From Thermodesulfobacteriota bacterium (GTDB taxonomy: Bacteria > Desulfobacterota > Desulfomonilia > UBA1062), in NCBI GenBank assembly GCA_025454155.1, contig JALOOZ010000009.1, positions 1 to 57,558 on the forward strand: a stretch of 57,558 nt of DNA, read 5' to 3'. Of this stretch, positions 8,358 to 17,308 are shown one piece after another (within the stretch, counting starts at the first letter, position 1; every line of letters starts with the position of its first letter). A program made the translations under genes and the position numbers. The notes below the pieces were generated by a model. That model made no database searches and was not told the origin of the DNA. It worked only from the letters and a program-made list of their open reading frames with translations.

Positions 8358-8696
8358 ATGACTAGCCGACTCAGGCTTACTGTCCTGACATTGACTGCTT
8401 TCTTTGCAGCCAGCACCATATGCTTCAATATGGCCTCCTGTAAAAACTTGACCCAGGAGACCGCACCAGAAGGCGCTAAAACCATTACCAGCAAGCCCCA
8501 GCCCAGTTTTTCAGCTCCAGCCTGCACATGTGATCATACCCAGGTGAAGCCGCAGGATGATCAAAACCTGAGTTGCGCGGCTTGTCACACCAAGTGCGTG
8601 AACATCATGCATTGTAAAAAATTTGGTGACACCTGGAATACAAACAACTGCCAAAGCTTCCACAAGGCTGATCCGTTTAAAAAGAATCAGGAATGA
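8358..8696 (+). CDS. Small Cys-rich lipoprotein with one CXXCH heme-c motif
   Basis: RBS AAAGGAG upstream. The signal peptide carries a lipobox (NMASC). It has a single CAACH motif and 9 Cys in 112 aa. Confidence 0.5.
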   Translation: MTSRLRLTVLTLTAFFAASTICFNMASCKNLTQETAPEGAKTITSKPQPSFSAPACTCDHTQVKPQDDQNLSCAACHTKCVNIMHCKKFGDTWNTNNCQSFHKADPFKKNQE

Positions 8697-8786
8697 ACAT
8701 GCGCCAGGCCCCTGGACTTGATCGCTGTCCACGAATATTCAATATTTGAAAGCGCTGTTTCACTACAGGAAAACGGGAGGGTGGAT

Positions 8787-9092
8787 ATGATAACAGTTCT
8801 TGCTTCCATTCATGTTAGGACAGGCAGGCTCGCTGATTTCCTTCATATTTTCAAAGATAATATGGTTGAAGTGAGAAAAGAGAAAGGATGCATTGAATAT
8901 TTCCCTGCCATAGACATCCCTGCTGATCTGCCTTCCCAGGTTGTGGACGAAAATGTCGTGACTGTTCTCGAGAAGTGGGACACAATGGAGGCCCTGAAAG
9001 CTCATCTTGTTTCTTCGCACATGCAGGCTTACCGTGTCATGGTCAAGGACATGATCGAGAATGTTCAACTCAAGATACTCAAAGAAGCATGA
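8787..9092 (+). CDS. Antibiotic-biosynthesis-monooxygenase (ABM) domain protein
   Basis: The start is moved to the ATG at 8787 behind GGGAGGGTGG. The ~100 aa ferredoxin-like pattern is MITVLASIHV...KGCIEYFPAID...VLEKWDTMEALKAHLVSSHMQAY. Confidence 0.7.
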   Translation: MITVLASIHVRTGRLADFLHIFKDNMVEVRKEKGCIEYFPAIDIPADLPSQVVDENVVTVLEKWDTMEALKAHLVSSHMQAYRVMVKDMIENVQLKILKEA

Positions 9093-9219
9093 TGCCGCAC
9101 CTGTGAACTTTAATCAAAGAGCCCCTTATTAGCCACCGAAGCTTCAGGCTCGGACAGGACATCCTCTTCGGAACACATTTCACTGGAACGGGCATGCTGG
9201 TGCTGGTACAAGGTGCTTC

Positions 9220-9777
9220 GTGATCTTCCTCATGGATGGCGTTGGTGAAATTCTGGTGGAGCACAGCGCGAGGGCCCTCAGGGTGAGCATCACGGTCCGC
9301 CCGTGGAGGGTGAGGGTGGCAGTTCCTGCAGGCATGCCGCTGTCGCGGGGAAGGGAACTCGCCCTTGCGAAGGAAGCCTGGATACGCGGCCACATCGATC
9401 GCATGAGATCCCTCGCCAGGGCCCGTGCAAGCACGGCCGGCAGACTCCCCCCCCTGGAAGATCCTCCGGCGGCACGGGAAAGGATCGTCGGGCGCCTCGA
9501 AGAACTCTCCAGGCTGTACGGTTTCCCCTATGCGCGTGTCACGGTCCGCAACCAGAAGACACGCTGGGGAAGCTGCAGCGTGCGGGGAGCCATAAGCCTC
9601 AACATCAACCTGGCCAGGCTCCCGGAGGAACTCATGGACTATGTCATCCTCCACGAGCTTGTGCATACGAGGATCAGGGGGCATGGGAGTGAATTCTGGA
9701 GCAGGCTCGACATGCTGGTCTCGGATGCACGGTCTCTGAGAAGAGCGCTCAGTCAGTACTCGGCTGAACTGGGATGA
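9220..9777 (+). CDS. DUF45/YgjP-like (M48-related) zinc metallohydrolase
   Basis: RWGSCSVRGAISLNINLARLPEELMDYVILHELVHTRIRGHGSEFW contains the HExxH motif in the characteristic DUF45 context. Confidence 0.8.
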   Translation: MIFLMDGVGEILVEHSARALRVSITVRPWRVRVAVPAGMPLSRGRELALAKEAWIRGHIDRMRSLARARASTAGRLPPLEDPPAARERIVGRLEELSRLYGFPYARVTVRNQKTRWGSCSVRGAISLNINLARLPEELMDYVILHELVHTRIRGHGSEFWSRLDMLVSDARSLRRALSQYSAELG

Positions 9778-9951
9778 GAAGGGCAGGCAGCCCTTCGTGA
9801 TCCTTTATTGAAACGTATCCCTGTACGTGCCCGCACTGTTCTTCGTTCGTCAATGTCAAGCTATTGATACGAAAAACCGATATGAAGTCCAGCTGTTCGA
9901 GCGAAGCCTGAGAAAGCCAGAACCTCGGCGGGCAGATAAAAGGGGGGATCC

Positions 9952-11601
9952 ATGAAAGAGAGCACCAGGGAACTGTTCTTCAGGCCGTTGCTTTTCCAGG
10001 AGAACATCACCGCCATCGTCCTCATACCAATGATCGTGTTCTTCTTCATCAAGACATGCCCGAGCGTCGGGGATCATTTCCCCCTGGCGGCCATGGTGGC
10101 AGCGATAGCAGGGACCCTTGGCCTCATCGTGGGCCCCCTGGTGAAATATTCCCTGGTGCGGCCGGCCATGGCGCTCATGGAAAAGGAGACGTGCAGTCCG
10201 CAGGAGGTTCAGCAGGCGGTCCGTTCGGTCTCCATCCTTCCGCTTGCCGAGGCCATTGTGGTATTTCTGAGGTGGTCGCCCTTTGCCATACCCATATGCC
10301 TGGGGACCTTTTACTTCAAAGGGCTCATCACGGTCCCTGAAGCATTGTTCGGCATCAATGCACTGACCATGATGGCCCTGCTGGTCGTGCCCTTCTTCTA
10401 CCTCGCCTCCGAGAACAGTCTTGCCCCTTTTTTTCAGCACTGCAGTCTGAAGGGAATCCTTGACGGCAACGTGAGGCTGTTCCGCCTGAGCCTCAGCCAG
10501 AAGCTGTTCTTCACCATGATCTTCATCACCATGCCGCCGCTGGGGCTCATTATCGGAACCATCTACCTGTCCATAGCCACGGGCCTCGACCTCGCCTCCA
10601 TCCAGCTCGGCTTCTTCATCATCCTGTCCGTGGCGGCCCTGCTGACCTTCATCAACGGATTTCTCCTCATGAAGAGCCTGAAAATGTCGGTGGGCAAGAT
10701 GTCGTTGATGCTCCAGGACATGGCCAAGGGACGGGGGGACCTGACCAAACGGCTGCAGGTGACAGGGCTGAACGAGAGTGGCGAGCTCGCCTTCTGGTTC
10801 AACGAGTTCGTGGACGACATGGAGCAGGTCGTGGGCCATGTGCGGGAGACGTCCTTGCAGCTGCACCGGAGCATCGAGGATGTGAGCTCGGGGTCGCAGA
10901 ACCTGTCCCAGGCCACGCAGCGGCAGGCAGCGGCGGTGGAGGAGATCTCCGCCTCCATCGAGGAAATGAACGGGACGATCCATCACAACGCGGAGCTCAT
11001 ACGAGAAGGACGTGACAGCTCGAATACCATCACCAAACTCATCGATCAGAACAAGGACGTGTTTGCCGACCTGATGAAGGCCATCGAAGGGATATCCCGG
11101 GACTCCAGGAAGATCGGGGACATCGTGGTGACCGTGAACGAGGTTGCGTTCCACACGAACCTCCTGGCCCTCAACGCCTCGGTGGAAGCGGCGCGTGCGG
11201 GTGAGCACGGCAAGGGTTTCGCAGTGGTGGCGGGCGAGGTGAGATCACTGGCCCAACGGTCCGCAGAGGCGGCGAGCGAGATCAAGAACCTCATCGAAGG
11301 TACGGTGGGGCGGATCAGGAACGGTGACGAGATGATGAAGCGGACGTCGTCATCGCTGGAAGAGCTCATGGGCCGGATGGAGTTCTTCTTCGGGATGATG
11401 GAGGTGATCAGTGCCTCGAGCATGGAGCAGAGCCAGAACATCGGGGAGCTGAGCCGGGCCATCTCGCAGATCGATGGATCAACCCAGCACAATGCCTCCA
11501 CGGTGGAGGAGCTGGCGAGCACGATGGACAGTCTCCGTACCGCCGCCACGGTGCTGGCCGGAGATGTCCGGAAGTTCAAGACCTCGATCCTTCAAGACTG
11601 A
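9952..11601 (+). CDS. Methyl-accepting chemotaxis protein with polytopic membrane sensor region
   Basis: Several N-terminal TM segments are followed by a HAMP-like segment. The conserved signalling hairpin is [50 protein letters not shown]. Confidence 0.9.
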   Translation: MKESTRELFFRPLLFQENITAIVLIPMIVFFFIKTCPSVGDHFPLAAMVAAIAGTLGLIVGPLVKYSLVRPAMALMEKETCSPQEVQQAVRSVSILPLAEAIVVFLRWSPFAIPICLGTFYFKGLITVPEALFGINALTMMALLVVPFFYLASENSLAPFFQHCSLKGILDGNVRLFRLSLSQKLFFTMIFITMPPLGLIIGTIYLSIATGLDLASIQLGFFIILSVAALLTFINGFLLMKSLKMSVGKMSLMLQDMAKGRGDLTKRLQVTGLNESGELAFWFNEFVDDMEQVVGHVRETSLQLHRSIEDVSSGSQNLSQATQRQAAAVEEISASIEEMNGTIHHNAELIREGRDSSNTITKLIDQNKDVFADLMKAIEGISRDSRKIGDIVVTVNEVAFHTNLLALNASVEAARAGEHGKGFAVVAGEVRSLAQRSAEAASEIKNLIEGTVGRIRNGDEMMKRTSSSLEELMGRMEFFFGMMEVISASSMEQSQNIGELSRAISQIDGSTQHNASTVEELASTMDSLRTAATVLAGDVRKFKTSILQD

Positions 11602-11640
11602 CAGACTTTCTCAAGCATTTTCATTGCAAGGCATTTCCCG

Positions 11641-11668
11641 AAGGGCCCGCTCGTACCGGGGCCCTTTT
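11641..11668 (+). terminator. Terminator-like hairpin after the MCP gene
   Basis: AAGGGCCC (11641-11648) pairs with GGGCCCTT (11659-11666) and is followed by a short T-run. Confidence 0.5.
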
Positions 11669-11695
11669 CATGGTGAATGGAGCTTGGATATTGCG

Positions 11696-11716
11696 TTAGA
11701 TTAGTCGATCATCTAA
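11696..11716 (+). promoter_or_regulatory. Inverted repeat upstream of the ald promoter (candidate operator)
   Basis: TTAGAT-N9-ATCTAA lies 9 nt upstream of the putative -35 element. Confidence 0.3.
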
Positions 11717-11724
11717 AATATTAT

Positions 11725-11753
11725 TGACAAGGCCTCTCCTTCTGGTTAATGTT
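11725..11753 (+). promoter_or_regulatory. Putative sigma-70 promoter of the ald operon
   Basis: TTGACA (11725-11730), a 17-nt spacer, then TAATGT (11748-11753). It lies 28 nt upstream of the ald ATG. Confidence 0.5.
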
Positions 11754-11780
11754 AGTCAACCAACTAAACAGGAGTGCTGT

Positions 11781-12890
11781 ATGAGGATAGGTGTTCCCAA
11801 GGAGATCAAGACAAGGGAAGGTCGTGTCGCCATGACGCCCGTGGGCGTGAGAACCCTTGTGCACCATGGTCATGAAGTGCTTGTGGAGAGAAGTGCGGGA
11901 ATGGGGTCATGCATTTTCGATGCAGCCTTTGAACAGGCCGGCGCCCGCATGATCGACAGGACCGAGGAGATCTGGGCGGATGCCGATATGGTCGTAAAGG
12001 TCAAGGAGCCCATCGATCTCGAATATGAGCGTCTGCGCGAAGGGCTTATCCTTTTCACCTACCTCCACCTGGCTGCCAACGAGATGCTCACCCGCGAGCT
12101 CCTGGCGCGCAAGGTCACGGGCATCGCCTACGAGACCATCCAGCTCGATGACGGCTCTTTGCCGCTTCTCGCTCCCATGAGCGCCGTGGCGGGCAGGCTG
12201 GCCATACAGGTCGGTTGCACCTGCCTGGAGACCATACACGGGGGCAAGGGGATCCTCCTTTCCGGGGTACCCGGGGTTCGACCGGGCAGGGTCACCATCA
12301 TCGGCGCCGGGGTGTCCGGCCTGAATGCGGCCCACCTGGCCGTGGGTCTCGGCGCCCAGGTCACCATCCTCGACATAAACCAGAAGAGGCTCAACTACCT
12401 GGAGGACATCTTCCATTCCCGGGCTGTGCTCCTCATGGCCAATGCCGGGAACGTGGAGGAGAGCGTCATCAACGCCGACCTCGTCATCGGATCGGTCCTG
12501 ATCCCGGGTGCCCAGACGCCCCACCTCATTACCCGGGACCTCCTGCGAAGGATGGAACCCGGCTCAGCGTTCGTGGACATCGCCATCGACCAGGGAGGCT
12601 GTGCCGAGACGAGCAGGCCCACCACCCATGACAACCCGACCTACGTGGAGGAGGGCATTGTCCACTACTGCGTGGCCAACATGCCCGGCGCAGTCCCCCG
12701 CACCTCCACGTATGCCCTGACCAATGTCACCATGCCCTATGTGGTGGAGCTCGCGGACAAGGGATGGGAGCAGGCCTTGAAGGAGGACCTGCCATTGTCC
12801 AAGGGTCTGAACGTGTTCAGGGGTACCTTGACGAACCGGAAGGTAGCCGAGGCGTTCAAGATGGAGTGTACGGAAATGCGGGGGGTCTGA
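11781..12890 (+). CDS. ald: Alanine dehydrogenase
   Basis: The start is moved to the ATG at 11781 behind AGGAG. MRIGVPKEIKTREGRVAMTPVGV..., the GAGVSG NAD-binding site and VHYCVANMPGAVPRTST are all typical of Ald over the full ~370 aa length. Confidence 0.9.
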   Translation: MRIGVPKEIKTREGRVAMTPVGVRTLVHHGHEVLVERSAGMGSCIFDAAFEQAGARMIDRTEEIWADADMVVKVKEPIDLEYERLREGLILFTYLHLAANEMLTRELLARKVTGIAYETIQLDDGSLPLLAPMSAVAGRLAIQVGCTCLETIHGGKGILLSGVPGVRPGRVTIIGAGVSGLNAAHLAVGLGAQVTILDINQKRLNYLEDIFHSRAVLLMANAGNVEESVINADLVIGSVLIPGAQTPHLITRDLLRRMEPGSAFVDIAIDQGGCAETSRPTTHDNPTYVEEGIVHYCVANMPGAVPRTSTYALTNVTMPYVVELADKGWEQALKEDLPLSKGLNVFRGTLTNRKVAEAFKMECTEMRGV

Positions 12891-12937
12891 GGGATCGATG
12901 AACGGGGATTTATCATGATACCTTTAGGGGGGGATCC

Positions 12938-14524
12938 ATGGACCAACGGAAAGATGTCGTACTGAGCAATGCAGTGCTCTGGGCCCGGAAGCCGATGAGC
13001 AAGGTTCACGGTAGTATGCGTGTCAGGGACGGGAAGATCCTGGAGATCTCAGCAAGGGCTTCCTTCCCCAAGGAGTCATCGTTGGATCTCAAGGGGAGGC
13101 ATGTCATACCGGGGCTCATCGATGCGCACCGGCACTTTTTCATATCGGCCCTGCTGCCGAACTTCGGAGATGCGAGCTCCTGGAAATCGCAGGAAGACGC
13201 GCTGGCGGCCATCGAGTCTGCATGCATGACAGGCGGACCGGACAAGGGCTGGGTTTTCTTCTCAAGGCTCGATCATACCAGGTGGAAAACCCCGGCCCTA
13301 CCTCCATTGAGGGATATCGATGCAGCCGCCAAGGGATCGCCTGTCCTTGTCATGGATACAACCTGCCACAAGGGTTTCATCTCTACCGAGGCGCTCAGAC
13401 GGAGTGGGGTCAGAAGAGACGCCCTGCGGTGTCCCGGGGATATCGACATCCGCGCGGGCGGCATGCTGAAGGGGACGGTATGGGAAGATGCACTCCACAG
13501 GATCCTTTCCGCCATGTACCGGGAGATCTTCCGAACATACAGCGAAGAGGACAAGAGAAAAATCATCCTTGATGAGGCGGACCGGTGCCTCCAGATGGGA
13601 CTGACACATGTTCACGACCCGGGGGTCTCCACGGATATCCAGAAGCTCCTGAAGGAGGCCCAGAGGCACACCCCGCTGAAGATCAGTTGGTCGGTGACGG
13701 CAGATGATGGCCTGTGTATCCCTCCGGCATTGAAGGATGAGATGGGGGCCATACATTCCGACCATGCCCCGAGAAGCGCGAAGTTCTTTCTGGACGGGGC
13801 CAACAGGACAGCGGCATGCATGCCCATCGTGGCAGGGCTGAAGGCGGCAATCAAGGCGGCAAGGGAAAGCATATCCCTCGAAAGTTTTTCGCCCCTGAGC
13901 CTTCTCCTCGAGCAGAAGATCACCGTCAGAGACGGGAAGCTATTCATGCCCTATCAGAGATTCGAGGATACCCGTGATCTTCTCGAAAGGGCGCGGGTGT
14001 TCACGGACAAGGGGTACCGTCTGGTCGTTCATGCCCTCGGCAATGTCGCTGCACTGCAGGCGGCTGAACTGGTCAAGAAGCTTGCGCCCGCCGGTGCATC
14101 GGTCGAGCATATGCTTGTCATGGGCGAAGAAGACCTGGACACATTTGCCGGCTGCGGCGCTGTGGCATCGATCCAACCTGGATTTATCCCGTTCTATGCA
14201 GAGTCCATCGAGCGGATGGGAGTTCTGCCCTATCTGAAGACATTCCCTTTGAAGAGCCTTATCCAGAGGGGGGTTGCGGTCTGTGTCAGCTCCGATGGAC
14301 CCTGCGGGGCGGATGACCCTCTGCACAACATCAGGCGTGCCGTGGACCGGAAGAAAACCGACGGTTCTGCGCTCGACCCGGGCGAGGGAATCAGCCAGGT
14401 TGAGGCCCTCACAGCAGGAACCATGGGGGGCTCCGCATCGCTCGGTCTGAAGAACAACGGCCTGAGCGAGGGCGAGGCGGCGACCTTCTGCATCGTTGAC
14501 GGCGACCCTTTCTCCGATAATTGA
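12938..14524 (+). CDS. Amidohydrolase-3 (YtcJ-like) metal-dependent hydrolase
   Basis: VIPGLIDAHRHFF metal-binding motif and a ~530 aa length typical of the YtcJ-like subgroup. RBS GGGGGG upstream. Confidence 0.8.
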   Translation: MDQRKDVVLSNAVLWARKPMSKVHGSMRVRDGKILEISARASFPKESSLDLKGRHVIPGLIDAHRHFFISALLPNFGDASSWKSQEDALAAIESACMTGGPDKGWVFFSRLDHTRWKTPALPPLRDIDAAAKGSPVLVMDTTCHKGFISTEALRRSGVRRDALRCPGDIDIRAGGMLKGTVWEDALHRILSAMYREIFRTYSEEDKRKIILDEADRCLQMGLTHVHDPGVSTDIQKLLKEAQRHTPLKISWSVTADDGLCIPPALKDEMGAIHSDHAPRSAKFFLDGANRTAACMPIVAGLKAAIKAARESISLESFSPLSLLLEQKITVRDGKLFMPYQRFEDTRDLLERARVFTDKGYRLVVHALGNVAALQAAELVKKLAPAGASVEHMLVMGEEDLDTFAGCGAVASIQPGFIPFYAESIERMGVLPYLKTFPLKSLIQRGVAVCVSSDGPCGADDPLHNIRRAVDRKKTDGSALDPGEGISQVEALTAGTMGGSASLGLKNNGLSEGEAATFCIVDGDPFSDN

Positions 14525-14552
14525 TATTTTAAGAAACAACGGATCTCGTAGG

Positions 14553-15932
14553 ATGGATGTCCAGGAGAGGGACTTTATCCAGCACCTCTTCGGCAAGCAC
14601 ATCTCGCATGGACAGGTGAGGTATCTCAGGTGTGCGCACCTGGATGTTTACGAGCGGAACAGGAAGGGGGCGACCTTCATCGACGCGGTGAGCGGCCGGC
14701 AGTTCTTCGACTGCTTCAGCTCTGCAGGCTGCTTCAATGTTGGCAGGGGGAACGAGGTCGTCATGGACGTCCTCAAGAACGCCCTGGATTCGCATGACAC
14801 GGGGTCGCACCTTGTCCTCTCCGAGCACAAGGTGAATTTTGCATCCAGGCTCGCTTCTCTGTGCCCCGGTGACCTGAACAGGGTCGTGCTCTGCGCCAGT
14901 GGCGCCGATGCTTGTGCCGGGGCCATCAAGCTCGCCAAAGGCGCAACAGGAAGGAACGATGTGATCACCATGAACAAGGCGTATCATGGCCACGAAGGAT
15001 ACAGCCTCTCGGCCAACGGCAAGGACTACTACAAGGAACTGTTCCTGCCCCTCATGCCGGGATTCCACATCGTGGACTTCAATGACCTGGAGGCGGTGAG
15101 GCGGCTGGCCTCCAAGGATATCGCCGCCATCGTGCTGGAACCCATTCAGGGCGAGGGCGGTATTCATGTGGCGACCGGGGATTACATGAAGGGCCTGCGG
15201 CAGATCTGCGACGAGCATGGCATCATGCTCATCTTCGACGAGGTACAGACCGGTTTCGGCCGCACGGGAACCCTGTGGGCCATGGAACACTACGGCATGA
15301 CCCCGGATATCATGTTCACGGCTAAATCCATAAGCGGGGGGCTCTATCCCAACGGCGCGGTGGTGTACCGGGAAATCGAGCCGCTCGTCCGCTACGTGGA
15401 GGCAAACCCCCTGTTCCATACCTCCCATGGAGGCGGCACGGATCTGGGCTGCATCGTTTCTTCCGCAGTGCTCGACTATATCGTTGAGAACAGGCTGTGG
15501 GAGAACGCGGCAACGGTCGGGAAACGCTTTAAGGAGGGTCTCGAGCAGATCGCCAGGGAGAACGAGGACTGCGTCAAGGAGGTGAGAGGCCTCGGTCTCA
15601 TGATCGGCATCGAATACAAATATGAGTTCATCGGGGCGCTGATGGCCGACTGCCTGGCCAAGCAGGGTGTATGGGCGGTGTATTCCGGGAATGCGCCACA
15701 GGTCATGCGCTTCCAGATCCCCATCACGGCGAGCCAGGAGGAGGTCGACGAACTCCTGCGCCGCATCAGGGCCGCCGTCAGGGTCATGAGGTGGTACCTG
15801 ATCCTGCTCCTGCCCTTGGCCAAGGTGCCTCCGATCCGGATGATCCTGGACAACCTCCATGTTCAGATCGTGGCCTTCAATCTGGTTCGTGACATCGAGG
15901 AACTCATCCTCAGGTTCATTCCGAAAAAGTAG
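14553..15932 (+). CDS. Class-III (omega/acetylornithine-type) PLP aminotransferase, catalytically intact
   Basis: Start moved to the ATG at 14553. Motifs present: GADACAGAIKLAK, AYHG, EPIQGEGG, DEVQTGFGRTG and the Schiff-base Lys in FTAKSISGG (K258, nt 15324-15326). Confidence 0.85.
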   Translation: MDVQERDFIQHLFGKHISHGQVRYLRCAHLDVYERNRKGATFIDAVSGRQFFDCFSSAGCFNVGRGNEVVMDVLKNALDSHDTGSHLVLSEHKVNFASRLASLCPGDLNRVVLCASGADACAGAIKLAKGATGRNDVITMNKAYHGHEGYSLSANGKDYYKELFLPLMPGFHIVDFNDLEAVRRLASKDIAAIVLEPIQGEGGIHVATGDYMKGLRQICDEHGIMLIFDEVQTGFGRTGTLWAMEHYGMTPDIMFTAKSISGGLYPNGAVVYREIEPLVRYVEANPLFHTSHGGGTDLGCIVSSAVLDYIVENRLWENAATVGKRFKEGLEQIARENEDCVKEVRGLGLMIGIEYKYEFIGALMADCLAKQGVWAVYSGNAPQVMRFQIPITASQEEVDELLRRIRAAVRVMRWYLILLLPLAKVPPIRMILDNLHVQIVAFNLVRDIEELILRFIPKK

Positions 15933-15944
15933 GGAGGTGTTGAC

Positions 15945-17189
15945 ATGAAGAAAACGACAGCGAAAGCCTCGGTGAAGCCGAACGACATATTCCAGGAGGC
16001 CCGTAAGGTGTTCTCCGGAAGTTATGTGGATATGCTCAGGGACAAGGGGCACGATTTCCTGGAACAGGAAGGGGCGGGTTCGTATGTGGAGGACTCGGAA
16101 GGAAAGCGCTACCTCGACTGCTATGCCTCCGCGGGCACATTCAACCTGGGCAGGAGGAACGAATCCATTGCGGAGAGCTTCAAGAAGTCGATCTACGAAA
16201 CCGACCAGGGGAATTTTGTCATGCCCTCCGACTACAAGGCCCTGCTCGCCAGGAGACTGTCCGAGTTCATCCCCGGGAACCTCGACTGCGTGCTGTTCGG
16301 GGTGACCCGTGGGGAGTCCATGGATGCCGCATGCAAGCTGGCACGGGGATTCACATCCAGGCCCGAGTTCGTCACGGTGGACGGCGGCCTCTACGGCGAG
16401 TGCGGCTTCGCGCTTTCTCTCTCTCAGAGGGCGGGAAAGGAGCAGTTCGGAGGCCTCATCCCGGGAGTAAAGACCGTCCCCTTCGGCGACGTCGATGCCG
16501 CCAGGAAGGCCGTGTCATCGCGCACTGCAGCCTTTGTCATGGAACCAATCCAGGCGGAGAACAACTGCCGCATGGCCGATTCAGGCTATTACAGGCAGAT
16601 ACGATCCCTGTGCGACGCATCCGGTGCAAAGCTCATCTTCGATGAAACGCAGAGCGGCTTCGGACGGACCGGGACAAGGTTTTTCTACGAGCACATCGGG
16701 GTGATGCCGGACATCCTGATCATCGGCGAGGCCATTACCGGCGGTATGTTCCCCATGACCGCCATGGTATTCACCACCGAGCTCAAGCACTTTTTCGACA
16801 TCCACCCCCTCATCCACCTGTGCACCTTCGGCGGCCATGACCTGGGCTGTCTGGTGGCCATGGCGGCCCTGGATGAGTATGACCGGCTGGAGCCCTGGGT
16901 CAATGTCGCCGGTCTCGGAGACAGGCTCATGAAAGATCTTTCCGCCCTCGCTGCCAAACATGCGGGAAAGCTCGTCTCGGTTGCCGGGAAGGGTCTGCTC
17001 ATCTCCATCAGACTGGCAACGGATGATCTGGCGAAGAAGTTCTGTGCGTCAGCGAGGCATGGAGGGCTGCTGGTGAATACCGGCAGGGTGGATACGACGA
17101 CTGTTCTCATAAGACCGAGCCTGCTCATCGGCGCCGAGGAAACCGGCAGGATAGTGGGCATCATGGCGAAGACAGTGGAGGAAATCTGA
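15945..17189 (+). CDS. Class-III aminotransferase paralog lacking the catalytic lysine (probable non-catalytic subunit)
   Basis: The fold and length match the upstream gene, and DETQSGFGRTG is retained. The Lys position reads Glu (IIGEAITGG, E262, GAG at 16728-16730). EPIQGEGG reads EPIQAENN, and the xYHG motif reads LYGE. Confidence 0.8.
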   Translation: MKKTTAKASVKPNDIFQEARKVFSGSYVDMLRDKGHDFLEQEGAGSYVEDSEGKRYLDCYASAGTFNLGRRNESIAESFKKSIYETDQGNFVMPSDYKALLARRLSEFIPGNLDCVLFGVTRGESMDAACKLARGFTSRPEFVTVDGGLYGECGFALSLSQRAGKEQFGGLIPGVKTVPFGDVDAARKAVSSRTAAFVMEPIQAENNCRMADSGYYRQIRSLCDASGAKLIFDETQSGFGRTGTRFFYEHIGVMPDILIIGEAITGGMFPMTAMVFTTELKHFFDIHPLIHLCTFGGHDLGCLVAMAALDEYDRLEPWVNVAGLGDRLMKDLSALAAKHAGKLVSVAGKGLLISIRLATDDLAKKFCASARHGGLLVNTGRVDTTTVLIRPSLLIGAEETGRIVGIMAKTVEEI

Positions 17190-17210
17190 GCCTCCGGGAT
17201 TCTTTCCAGC

Positions 17211-17245
17211 CAGGGACCGGGTGAGGCAGGGGTACCCGGTCCCTG
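17211..17245 (+). terminator. Strong hairpin after the aminotransferase operon (no U-tract)
   Basis: A perfect 12-bp stem (CAGGGACCGGGT at 17211-17222, ACCCGGTCCCTG at 17234-17245) with an 11-nt loop. Confidence 0.4.
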
Positions 17246-17308
17246 CCCAGTACCAGGGCATGTGCACGAAGTCGCCGGGATATGCGGGGTTGAGCGGGGG
17301 AGAAGAAT

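Noticed and set aside
9856-11208. Long antisense or off-frame ORFs in the GC-rich part (for example 9856-11208(-), 14529-16052(-), 21548-22984(+), 18042-18875(+), 39265-40650(-), 16685-17449(-) and 11907-12524(-)).
   Set aside because: Each lies opposite or out of frame to a gene with strong family motifs (MCP, aminotransferase, hemA, radical SAM, recJ, ald). Their translations are low-complexity and rich in R, G, P, H and D, as is typical of shadow ORFs in high-GC DNA. None has a recognisable motif.
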